Shown here: one piece after another, positions 1 to 12,277 of the stretch | Numbering within the stretch: the stretch's first letter is position 1 | How the letters are laid out: each line of letters begins with the position of its first letter | NCBI RefSeq assembly: GCF_026210795.1 | Contig: NC_089433.1 | Coordinates: 4,216,001-4,280,000, forward strand | DNA: 64,000 nt | Source of the DNA: Rhizophagus irregularis | Taxonomy: Eukaryota | Reading direction: 5' to 3' | Notes under the pieces: generated by a model | What the model was told of the DNA's origin: nothing | What the model saw: the letters and a program-made list of their open reading frames with translations, nothing else | Database searches by the model: none | Translations under genes and position numbers: made by a program

Positions 1-1020
1 TATTAGTAGGTTCTATAAAAAAAAAACAAAAGAAAGTATAAAATGATTTTGAATTGTTCATTATAAACGAAATTTGTAACCATTATATATATTGTTACAT
101 AAATAAATTAAAAGCATACTATAAATTGTGTATAAAATATTATCTAAAATTTTTGATAACCGTACTCGTAGTTTGAATCCAGATGTGAGAAAATTAATTA
201 TTGAATCACCTAAATCACAAAAATATGGAATTATAAATATTGAAATACATTCTATTTATAAGATTATTAAGATACAAGTAAAAAGACAGTAATTGTGATG
301 ACATAATGAGACTACCACAATAATTTAAACGTAAAAATTCACATATAATTGCGGTTTTCTCAAGGCATCTCAAGAATTAATAAATTGATATACAAATTTT
401 TTTTAAAAAAAATTGAATTATTAAATTTGATCTCAAATAAAATAAAAATTATTTGAAACATTATTTTGATTTTGTTTTTAATTTTCGATCATGAGATAAC
501 TGATAAAATTTGTCTATTCTTTCATATTATTTAATAACATGTGGACAAAATAATATTTTCAATATCACTTATTTTCATACAAGAATAATACTTTAAGCAA
601 AAAAATATTGAACTATTCATTATTGTATATTAGTAAATAATTATCTTCTTTTTTAGCGATTGTACAATATTGATTTTTAATATGTATATTTATTTAATTT
701 TTTTCATCAGAGGGCGTTAGTATGTTAAAAGTATATAAATTCACAGGTTAACGAATTACTTTTTTTTTTTTATAATAATATTATAAATTGGAAATTTTAT
801 AGTTTATTTGATTTATTTGATTCTATTTGTAAAAAAACTATTTGCTCAATTACAAACTGATTTATTTATGAAAAAAAGTTTACATGAATACTATAATCAG
901 TGTTGAACAAATCAAATATACAAGTTTATAAGAATAAAATAGAATAATACTGATAAATGCTGAGTCAGTTTAAGTCATCATACATATTAAGGACATTACC
1001 TAATTTAATTTCAACTCATT

Positions 1021-4000
1021 TTAATTTAACTGCTTGTAATAAATAAAATTATTGCTTGATATAAATAATTCACAGTCTAAACATTCAGAATTAAGATCAT
1101 ATTTTGGAAGATCTTTTGTAAAGGGATTAAGTAATCGAGATGTATAAACAGCTTGTGGATGAGTTGCCGATTGTCTTTTTTCCTCTAAAAATAAGAAATT
1201 TGATTCTTTGTATTCTTCTGCTTTCTCAAATTGCTCATTAATATCAAAAGATAACAGCTCATCTTTTTCACTTTTCAAATTGGAGCTATAAGAATCATAA
1301 AATAACTCAATTAATTCTTTTATTTCAGTTGCTTTTGGTCGGTTGTTTGGATTTGAATTCCAACATCTCTTCATTAAATCAATATAACATTTTGGTGCTT
1401 CTGGTTCGTTTATTTCAGGCCTAATTCCTTTGCAGATATCTAACACTAAAATTTCATCATGCGCACAATTGCAAAAAGGTTTCCTGCCAGTTGCTACATA
1501 ATACATAATCATACCAAAGCTGTATATATCTGCCGCTTGAGTATAAGGTTTTCCTCTCAACACTTCAGGAGCTACATAAGGCATAACTCCATAAATTTCC
1601 GTTTTATCTGTACTATCAACTTTTCCACATAATCCCATGTCTGATACGCATATTATATAATTATCTAAGGTATTATACATTGATAATATATTTCCTGTAT
1701 GAAAATCACGATGAACCATATTTTCCTGATGAACTATTTCGAGACCTTCTATAATACTTAACAATGCTTTAATATTATATAACCAATCTAGTTTATTATA
1801 ATATTTGTTTACCCAATTATATAAATCTCCACCTTCCGCATAATCAAGAACCATAACATAATTTTTTGTATCAGGATTTTGAGATATTCCATATATTGAA
1901 AGAACATACTTAAATATTCCAATAGAATATCCTTTAACCTGTTATAACATAATAATTGTTAATGATTATTAAAAGTTATAAATTAAATGAAAGAAAAAAT
2001 TCATACCTCATTTAGAAATTCAATAGTAATGTTCTCTGAATTGTATAATTGCTTTAAAGCAACTTTTTTCTTATCTCTTATATATTCGCAATCATAAGAT
2101 AATGGTCCATCTTTCCATGTTGCTGAATATATTGTAGCAAAACCACCTTTGCCTATTTCTTTAATATTACTAAACTGATTATATGGTATCCATTCAAATA
2201 TTATATCATAGCGGGAGTTAATTTTTAATTGCATCATTTGAATGAAATTATCGATTGTTATATTTCTACTAGTCCAATTGGTAAAATTTTTTTTTAAATC
2301 ATTTATTTGACATGATTTACACCACCACTTATTGAAAGTAGATGTGTATTTTTCATTACATTTCTCGCAATATTCATTTTCAATAACCATAATATATTCT
2401 TTTGTAATAGGATCTTGAGTATAGTTGTTTCCGAAATTCAATTGGCAAATCCGAAATCCGAAATTACGAAATCGTAATTAATTACGTATTCCGAAATTCC
2501 GAAATTTGCATAATAGTGCGAAATTGCGAATATCTCGGGATCTAGTGATCAGATTTCAATGATCTTACTACCATTCGATTCGTCTCATCGAGACGAATCT
2601 AATGATATGTGTTTCATTTCTATAGCACCGATATTGATGGAGTTAATTTACTATAAACATTTAATGAATTTTTGTGTCGGAGCACGATCTAGTGATTAGA
2701 TTTGAATGAATTTACCACCATTCGATTCGTCATGACGAGACGATTCTAATGGCGGTAAGATCATCTTTCTAGCATTGAAATTGACGGAGCTATTATGCTA
2801 TAAATATTTAAAAGTTATTGGTATCGGAGCGCGATCTAGTGATTGGATTTAAATGATCTTACTACCATTAGAATCGCCTTATCGAGACGAATCAAATGGT
2901 AGTAAGATCATCCAAAACGGATCACTGGGTGCCGAGTTATTATTTATTAAAGTTTTTATATATAAATCGGCAAAAATTAAGGCTAATTCTGGCCAAATAT
3001 TTTCGTAATACGAAATTAATTACGGAGTCCGAAATTAATTACGGAATACGGAGTTTTTCTAATGAATTACTTAATAATTACAGAATTACGTAATTACGTA
3101 TTTCCGTAATACTAAAATAATTTCGGACACAAGTATAATCTTGAGATATTCCATATTTTTTATGACTTGAATATTTTTCAACCTATTAAAATTTAAAAAT
3201 TATCATATTAAAAATAGTAAAAGTTTTATTTTGAATCAAAATTATGAAATTACCTCATAAGTAATATCTTGTGAATATTTTAAAACAACTTTTGATTTTA
3301 GTTTTCTTATATATTCCTTTTCATAAAGATATTTACAGTAATAAAAATCATTCTTCCATATTGCTGAATATATTTTAGTAAAATCATCAACCTTTATCTT
3401 TTTGATATTACTAAACTGTTTGTAAGGTATCCATTCAAATACTATATCAAATTTGTAAATTTTTAATAATTGCATTTTTTGGATTAAATAATCAATTTCA
3501 TCATCATCATTTTTGCTGGTCCAGTTTGTAAAATTTAATTCTAAATTATCTGATTGACATTTTTTACACCATTCATATTCAATATCAAGTTCCATATATT
3601 CTTCACCACACCTAACACAATATAATTTATATCGAAAAACAATAATGTAGTATCTTGCATCCTGACTTTGAGATATACCATATATTGGATTATTATTATC
3701 TGATAAATATTTTTTAACCTATAAAATTGAATAAAAATACATTACATAAAAATATATGTTTAACAACTTAAGAAATTTTACTATACCTTATTTAAAAATT
3801 CATTAGTATTTTGTAAATAATATAATACTAAAAAAACTTTTTTATATGATTCTCTTGTCCACTTCTTATCGTAATAACATAATGGACCATTATTCCATAT
3901 TGCTGAATATTGTGAAACATAACTATTTTTATTTATTTCTTTAATATCATTGAAGTGATTATATGGTATGAACTCAACTATTGTATCATGCACAGAGTTA

Positions 4001-5790
4001 ATTTTTGATCGTTTTATTTGAATAAAATTATCAATTTTTTTATTTCCACTGGTCCAATTTATAAAAAACTTTTTCAAATAATTAATGCAACATAGTCTAC
4101 ACCAACTAAAATATGTATCTAAATACTTTTCATCACACTTATTGCATTTTTCATTATATTCATCTTGAAGAACTATAATGAAATCATTGGTATATGAATT
4201 TTGAGAAATACCAAAAATTTTACCATGATATTTATTTAAATCTTCTTTAAACTATTAGAGTAAAATAATTAATTATTAACGAATTAAAATTAAATTAGAT
4301 AAAGATAATCTCATACCTTATTTAAAAATTCATTATTAATATTTCGAAAGCTATGTAACTTGAGGGTAACCTTTATGTCCTGTTTATTTCTTGTATATTT
4401 ATTTTTAATTTTATCATAATTTAATGGGCCATCCTTCCATATTGCTGAATATTCTTTAATAAAAATTTTTTCTTTAATACTATTAAACTGATTGTACGGT
4501 ATCCATTCAAATATAATGTCATCTGATTCGTTAATTTCTAATTGTATTTCTTGAATTAAACTATCAATTTTTTCATTTCCACTGGACCAGTTTGTAAAAT
4601 TCTGTCTTAAGTTATTTATTTGACACGATAAGCACCACTCATAATTTGCATCAAATATACTTTCATATTGTTTATTACACTTTTTGCAATATATATTTGG
4701 AAAAATCATGATATACTCTTCCGTATATGGATTTTGTGATATTCCATATATATAATCGCAATAAATCTATTAAAATAAAAACAATCAATAAAGAATATTA
4801 TTTTCAAATTAAACTTATAATTAAAGAATTAATACCTTATTTAAAAGATTAATAACATTTGGTGAATCATATAAATATTTTAAAGTAACCACTTTATTAG
4901 ATTTTTTTGTCCATTTCTTCTCATTGTAATATAATGGGCCATCATTCCATTTTGCAGAATATAATGTATCAATATCATCTTCACTTATTTTATGGATATC
5001 ACTTAATTGATCGTATGGTATCCATTCAAATATTATACGTGTATTATAATTGATATTTAATTGTAATTTTTGAATTAAATTATCAATTTTTTTCATTTCC
5101 ACTGCCGACCAAATTTTCTTTAAAATAAACTATTTGACATGATTCACACCATTCTTTAATTATATTTGTATATTTTTTACCACATTTTTTACAATATATT
5201 TCTTGAAGAACAATAATATAATCCAGTGTATTTGGATATTGAGATATTCCATACATTCTAAGAAATTCAATATATGTTGTTGAATATTTTTTACCCTAAT
5301 AGACGAAAAATAAAAAATATTATTAATAAAAGATGCAATAATTAGGGGTACGAAGAAATTTTATTATTACCTGATCTGGCTGATCAATAAAAAATTCATC
5401 AATGATATTTTTTAAGTTATATAATTTTAAAGCAACTCTCTTATTCGGCTGATTTCTTGTATATTCATTTTTATATTCATCATAATTTAATGGTCCATCT
5501 TTCCATATTGCTGAATATACTTTATCAAGACCTTCTTCATCTATTTCTTTAATATTATTAAATTGATCAAATGGTATCCATTCAAATATCACATCATCTA
5601 GTTCATTAATTTCTAATTGCATCTCTTGAATCAAATTATCAATTCTTTCATTATCACTGGTCCAATTTATAAAATTCTTTTTTAAATTATTTAATTGACA
5701 TGATTTACACCATTTATACTTTGCATCATATTTATTCTCATATTTTTCGCCACATTTTGTACACTGATCATCGTTGTCTTGATATGACAT
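1021..5790 (-). pseudogene. TKL-type protein kinase with six tandem Zn-ribbon/N-lobe modules, disrupted by a transposon insertion and a +1 frameshift
   Basis: Seven exons with GT-AG phase-0 introns: 5790-5371, 5295-4836, 4766-4317, 4251-3787, 3718-3254, 3182-2007, 1938-1021. Exons 1-6 each carry CxxC..WCxxC, an NWTSGN-like motif, FEWIP(Y/F) and WK(D/N)GPL-like motifs. Exon 6 has IGKGGFATIY and VALK. Exon 7 has HRDFHTGN, DMG and APE. Exon 2 is 460 nt because of a 7-A run at 5087-5093 (6 A in the sibling unit). Exon 6 is interrupted by 2420-3137. Confidence 0.85.
2420..3137. mobile_element. Non-autonomous hAT-like DNA transposon (718 bp) inserted in kinase exon 6
   Basis: 19-bp terminal inverted repeats (TIRs) tatagttgtttccgaaatt / aatttcggacacaagtata with 2 mismatches. 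8-bp TSD atcttgag at 2412-2419 and 3138-3145. Removing the element and one TSD restores YGISQDPITKEYIMV. Subterminal cgaaatt repeats and internal 147-bp repeats are present. Confidence 0.92.
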
Positions 5791-7556
5791 TTATATAAAA
5801 TTATTATCTTGAACAAAAAAATGTAAAGGTTAATGAAATGAGCTTATGATATAAAAGAAGAAAGAAAGAAAGAAGAAAAGGAACAAAGCCGATTTAAAAA
5901 CTGTTTGTGTAGCTAAGTAGCTTACAAAATTGATGATCATATCCTGAAATGCATTAATGAAAATTAAAAATTGGGCGTATTTTTAGATTAGATTCAACAT
6001 TTTTAATAACACAAATCCCAATTTGGACGCAAAAATTCTGATTAATTTTTTTCTTTTCGTAATAAAAGAAGGTGGCACAAAAATTCAAAAATTATTCAAG
6101 ATGAAATGGAAATTTTTGATTTATCATTTTCTCTTTTTGCAAGAAAAAAAGTCCGTCTCACTTTCCATTTTTGATTTAATTTTTAAAATTTATCTTGATA
6201 TATCAATATCTTTTATTCTTCTTTTTGCAAAAGAAAATTCTCAATATTTCACAACAGTTGTAACTATAATGATCAATTTTAAGGTGATGAGAGTCGTTCC
6301 TTATATGGTACTATTAGTAATTGTGGTGATGGAGATCAATGTTGGGATATTTTATTCATGGTTTACGCCTATGCTACAACTGGTAAGTTAATTAGTTTTG
6401 AAAAAAAGATACATCAATAATTTCAGATAAGCGAATAGTAAATTTATTATTTTTTGATTTGTTCAGGATCCAAACAAATATTAACTAGGAAAACAGAAAC
6501 ACGCTAAAGGTTTGTCGCAACTGAGATTAAGTTCAACTGAAAATTCGTCAAATTTTTGTTATACGATATTGTAAAAAAAAATATTATGGAGATTATACGC
6601 AGTAGTGATTTTTGTGGAAGGACGTTTTGCAGGGGATAGACAAAATTTACAATTTCGTTTCCTCCGTTTTGCTCTGAACAATAATACTTAGATACTTAAA
6701 TAAAGAAATTGTTTAAAGCCCTTATTTAAATCTCTAACTATATTAAATCTATATTTAAAGATTGTAGTATTCTTCATACATCTTACTTAAAAGTTTACAT
6801 TTGTGAACGTTATCTGAATTAAAATTGCGTATAGGAAACATTCACGTTTCAGTTTTATTATTAACATCAAAATTGAACATAATAATCAACGCTGCTATGA
6901 TAAAAAGGCTTCTAGTTCCCCTCAATGATTTGTATTTTTTTACTCTTTTTAATAAGAATTGTGACGTTGCAACCTAATGAAATTCCTATTAAGAAGCGTA
7001 ATTAGCACATTAAATTAGTGAGTGATGAAACTTTTTTTTTATATTACCATTTTTTTTTGGTATTAAACCAACTTTTTTTAAAAAAAAGAAAAATTTCCGC
7101 TTTAAAAGTTGTTTCGTTACCTTTTATTTAAATATTTGTTAATTTTGTATTATTCGCAAAAAAAAAACAACAAAACAAAAGACGCCAAATTTTATTATGG
7201 TGATAATTAATGCAATGAAGAATGAAAGTCAACAGTATATGTACGTAATCACTATCTTATTTTTTAACTCGAAATAGTACCAGAAAGATGGATATTTCAG
7301 AAAATAGGAACTAAAACTATAGATAATAGCATAACTTCAATTTTCTCATTTTCTCGCAATACTCGCATTAATAAACATTCTAAGTACGTGTATGGATACA
7401 CAATTTCGTTAAAGTCCGTTATTAATATAATTTTTTATTCTTTCTACTATAATATATATACCTACAAAAAAAATCCAGAAATGTACTAGAAATTAGAATA
7501 CAATTTCACGTGGAGATTATATGCGATTAAGTCACTGCCCATATGCCCATAAAAAA

Positions 7557-8078
7557 GGTATCCAGACTTTTCGTCGAAGTCCATTTCACCGAAACCCATT
7601 TCGCCGAAGTAATTTCGCCGAATGGATATTTCATCGAAGTGCCGTTTCGCCGAAGCCATTTCGGTGAAGGGCATTTTGTCGAAGATATGAAATTTTTTAA
7701 TTTTCCTTTTCTTTTTTTTAGAGAAGACAAACGAATTTACTAAGTCGCGTTTGATTATTTTAATTAAAGAAAATTTGTTTTAATTGAAAAATTCATCGTG
7801 TTCATCAATTTTCGAAACAAGGGAAAATAAAATAGTTAAAGAAAATTTGTTCTTTGAACAATTTTTATTTTCTTTGTATCAAATTTATCTAAGGAAATAT
7901 ATTAATTAACAACATTTTCAGTGACTTCGATGAAATGGACGTTTCGGGGAAAAGGATTCTGCGAAATATCCATTTGACGAAATATCCATTTGACGAAATA
8001 TCCATTCGGCTTCGGTGAAATATCCCTTCAGTGAAACTTCCTTTCAGCAAAATGGCTTCGGCGAAATGTACTGTAACC
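7557..8078. mobile_element. Mutator-like MITE with long TIRs made of ttcgccgaa subrepeats
   Basis: GG...CC termini and imperfect long inverted arms. Flanking 10-bp direct repeat ccataaaaaa at 7547-7556 and 8079-8088. Confidence 0.75.
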
Positions 8079-10772
8079 CCATAAAAAAATACATAATACG
8101 ATATGAACGAAAAAAAGTTTTTTATTTTTCAATACTGCAACAAGTTTTTTAATATTGTTAATTTGATGATAACCTGGTCTCATTAAATTTTAGCTTACAC
8201 ACTAAATTTATCGTTTAAAATTAAGTTTACCAAATTATTGAAAGTTCCTTCTTAATATTCATCTTGCTTCGACTTCTTCAGCATGTCCACAAATACCAAT
8301 TACTTGTTACCAATTATTAATACAACCTGAGAATTCTTCGATAATAGGGAATTATTTTCCATTTTTTTTTTGTTATGAAGTATTTGGAAGTTACGATTGA
8401 ATGTTGTGTAGCACATTATTGGAACATGCAATATAATTACTGCTATTAATGGTATTAAAGTGCCTCAGAAGTCTCCGAAGTTATTGAAAAGTTTAATTAT
8501 TTCGTTAATATTAATTATTAAGTAAAGAAAAGTAATGCACGATATATAATAACAACGATTTTGTTTTTACGCTCCAGTAAAAACATTAGAAACAATACAG
8601 AGGAATAGAAATAGGACATAAAACTAAGAATTTATACCCAGTTCTTGTAGCCCGGACCCCGGAACACGTAATTGGCATTGATTTCTAATAGTTTCTTTTA
8701 CCATTCTGAATACTTGGTCTGTGATTAAAACCACGCCCTGCTTCAATTTTACACCATTAAAAGAATGGCAGGACATCGTTAATAAAATATCTTGTCGTTA
8801 TTTTCTCTACGCTATGTATTATAATAATTTTATTTCTTTCATAATTATTCTTTCCTATCTTTCTGTCGCAATACGATATAATGAAATTTCAGCTAATTTT
8901 TGAGCGATTATTCATAAATTATTTTGAATTATAGGCAATCATACATCTTCCTAGTTTTTGGTAATGGAACGATCTATCCGTTTCTTCTTTAATTAGTTCT
9001 TTAATCAGGAAAGATAAATCAAGTATGTGATGGAGACGCACTTGTAGAACATAAAAGGATAAAGTAAAAAAAGTAGCATTAAAAACGTTACAACTTCAAA
9101 AGTACATACTGATATAACAAAGTACTGGAACGGTTATCTTAATAAAGGAAATGTGTTAAATTCTGGAGAGTTCCGAAGGTAGAGAATAATTTCAGAAGTT
9201 TCACTAATATACAACTTTGTTTTTCTTAAAAATGTTCCAACTGTAACCTATAGGAATGTATAACTTAAAAGGGTACATATATTACAAGGGATTAAATGGA
9301 GCAAATATTTAGATCGCGTTACAAAGCGGCCGTTTAATAATATCAGTGACAGGTATTACAGTATGCTGATTCATCATTTTTTTAAAAAAAATATCAGCTC
9401 GAAATATCAGTAAGAAAACTCAGCATAGTGTACCGCTAAACCCAAACTCTCAAACTCAGATGATGGTGTCACTGTGAACAATCATAAACATGTAATAATA
9501 TTTCCTTATTTAAAATGAAGAGTATAACTTTGTAATTCTCAAAAATATATAAATACTTCCTCTCCTGTATTTTCTCGGCTTATCGCCTTTCCTTCTGCCA
9601 AACTTTTATAATATAGAAACCGCTTGTCACAGTGGGGAGTGTTCTGCGGGTTATCGACTACTGGTAAGTTAGTCGGTCTATCTTCGGCCACCTTCTGGGA
9701 CAGGTATAATTTGTATTGTGTAAATTTTAAACGAAAGAAAAACACTTGAGTATGATCTTGGAAAAGCAACAATAGAAGCAGCACTCTTATTATTTGCCGG
9801 TAACACCATACCACCCGACAATACAGTGATATAAATTTTTTATTTTTTAAAAGGTGGCCTTATCCGCAGAGTGGGTCTTTAGTAATTGAGGGCTAGTCCT
9901 TGTGTCTAGTTTTCAGTGAAGTAAGGGGGCCCCGCATATGATAGATGTACATGTAACCATTTGTGACAAGCTTGCCTCCCTCTTAAAAAAAAATACTCTG
10001 CGCAGCCGCCTTGCTATGCTGTGTTGTTTGATTTGTTGTATTCTTTGTGTTGTTTAACAATATATACTTTCTCTTTCTTTCTATAGGTATCGTTTTGATG
10101 TTGTGGTTTATGCTGTTTTACCATTCATCTTTTGGTTCTTATGGCAATGATGAGATAAAGGACGCATCTTGCGATCTTATTGTATTTTTGTATTACAATA
10201 TTTAAATTCTGAGCCATATCCAAAAATTTTATAAACATCAAAATGTTCCATTGAAGGTATATTTGATGAGAATACAATATATCAAATTATATGGCCAATC
10301 ACTTTTTTTTTGTTATTTTAAGCACGTGACTTGAAACTTGAAAGTGACAAAAAAAAAGTTTCTCAGTTAAACAAGTTATTTGATTATTGAGGTTTATTTA
10401 AAATATTACCGTCAATTGAATATACAATAATATACTAATATGCACTTTTAATTTTATTTTATTTTTTTTTTTAAGATACCAATTTGAAAAAAATTGAATC
10501 GAATTAATATTTATTATTGATACACTATCGTAATTTTTTTAATCTTATTTTTTACATACTTTTTGAATAAATACTTTTTTTTGCGTCTACTAATCTTATC
10601 CTTTTTTGTTATTATTTTTTTTTTAAGAAATCAATAATTTTTTTCCAATCGAATTAATTTATTGATACAGTGGCCATATAATTAATCCTATTTTTACACA
10701 TACTTTTTAAATAAATACTTTTTTTTTACGTCTACTATCCCACTCTTTTTTTATATTACTAAACGATAATTT

Positions 10773-12277
10773 TTAGCCAAGCATACTGGTCGGTTTAAAT
10801 CCACTGGATAGCAAACTATTTAAACCACCACTCAGGTTTGCTTCTCGAACCTTCTTTGAAATTCCTTTTTGATGACGCACCTTAAATGCTTGATTATCAA
10901 GTATGTCAAGGTAATTAAACGCTTGACTACCAATAAAACCTGCTCTTGGTGCTTCAGATATACCATTTATCTAAAAGAAACAAAAATACATTGAATGTTA
11001 AAAGGTAGGAAGGTTCTCAAATCAATATATATATATATATATTAACTTACATTTGAGATTTTTTGATAGCCCTTTCCTCCTTCAATTTTTTTTGGAATAG
11101 TCCGTAGAACTTCTTTACCCTTTTCTTTGCCTTCAAGATTTTCAGGTTGAGCTACTTCTAACTTAGATTTTTCATTTCTGAATTTCATAATTAAATCGTT
11201 AACATTAAAATTCGCGAAAGAAACTATGGAAAAAGCATAAAGTTCTAATTCTTACTTCTTTTCGGTTGTCGGTTTCTTTAGATCTTCATCTGATGCAGCG
11301 TCTTGTTTTTTTGATTTAGGCTTCGCAATTTTTCGTGAGGTCATTGTGACCTTAGACTATAATAAAAGAAAAATAATAAATTAATTTGGTTAATACTTAA
11401 TAAATATAAAAAACTATTTTTTATTAAAAAAAAAAATCTTTTTGTACATTATCTGAAACTAAAGATAACGTTTTTAAATCCTCAATTATATTATCATCAA
11501 ACTAAGACACAAATATAATAAAACACATCACACAATATAGTTAATTAATTATTTGCGTTAGGATACGCGACGATAAAATTCAGTTATATTTACCTGCAAT
11601 TCTATTGTTGATGTTAAATCATTGTCATCACAGACTTGTAATGATGGAAAAGTATCATTGTCACCTATATAAAGAAATTATAAATTAAATTGAATAGACT
11701 ATTAAAACTTGAATGAAAGTTGATTTAATTCAAATAAAATTATTTTCAAAACTAAATACCTTCTTCTTCTTCGCTGCTTTCACTAGATGATGTGTCACTT
11801 GATGTAACCGTCATTGATAATAAAGGTAAAGGTTTATAATCATCGTCAAAAGAATCAATCCTTCTTCTTTTTGATGATGATTTTGTTGACAATTTGTTTG
11901 ATCTAGGAGATTTAATTCCTAATGATCTTTCAATTTCAATTTCTTCAACAAAAGGATTATGAGAAGTCCAAACTATAAAATCACAAAAAAAAAGAAAGAT
12001 AGATTGTTAATTTAATAATCACATATTAAATATATTAAACAAGAATTCATTTAAATTTTAAATACGACTTACTTTCGTCGTTAGATTCCTCAAACTTTTT
12101 TGTGAGTGGTTGAAAAAATACATCTAAATTATTCAAAGGATTTTTTGGTTGTCTTTCTTGTAATTCAGTAAAAGTATCCTCAACGTTATAATATTCTTCT
12201 TGAGAAAATTCTTTTGTACAAGGTTTGAAATAAGAAGCCAATCTATCCAAAGGATTCGATCCTTGAATTGAATCCAT
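10773..12277 (-). CDS. Hypothetical 304-aa protein, low-complexity and probably disordered (S/E/K-rich)
   Basis: Six exons (12277-12073, 11972-11760, 11664-11594, 11356-11256, 11177-11051, 10970-10773) splice in frame through GT-AG introns, 915 nt in total, ending ...GFKPTSMLG*. No family recognised. Confidence 0.8.

Noticed and set aside
2539..2930. CRISPR-like array of palindromic repeats
   Set aside because: The sequences between the palindromes are homologous to each other rather than unique spacers. The array lies inside a eukaryotic TIR element and no cas genes are present.
6023..6660. 122-aa ORF or small secreted-protein gene
   Set aside because: An exon-like piece (GDESRSLYGTISNCGDGDQCWDIL, gtaagt donor) exists in another frame, but I could not build a coherent gene. 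At most it is a relic.
7486..7743. Three overlapping short ORFs
   Set aside because: By-products of the GC-richer MITE subrepeats.
8200..9500. Coding-like sequence
   Set aside because: Stops in all the frames I tried and no recognisable motif.
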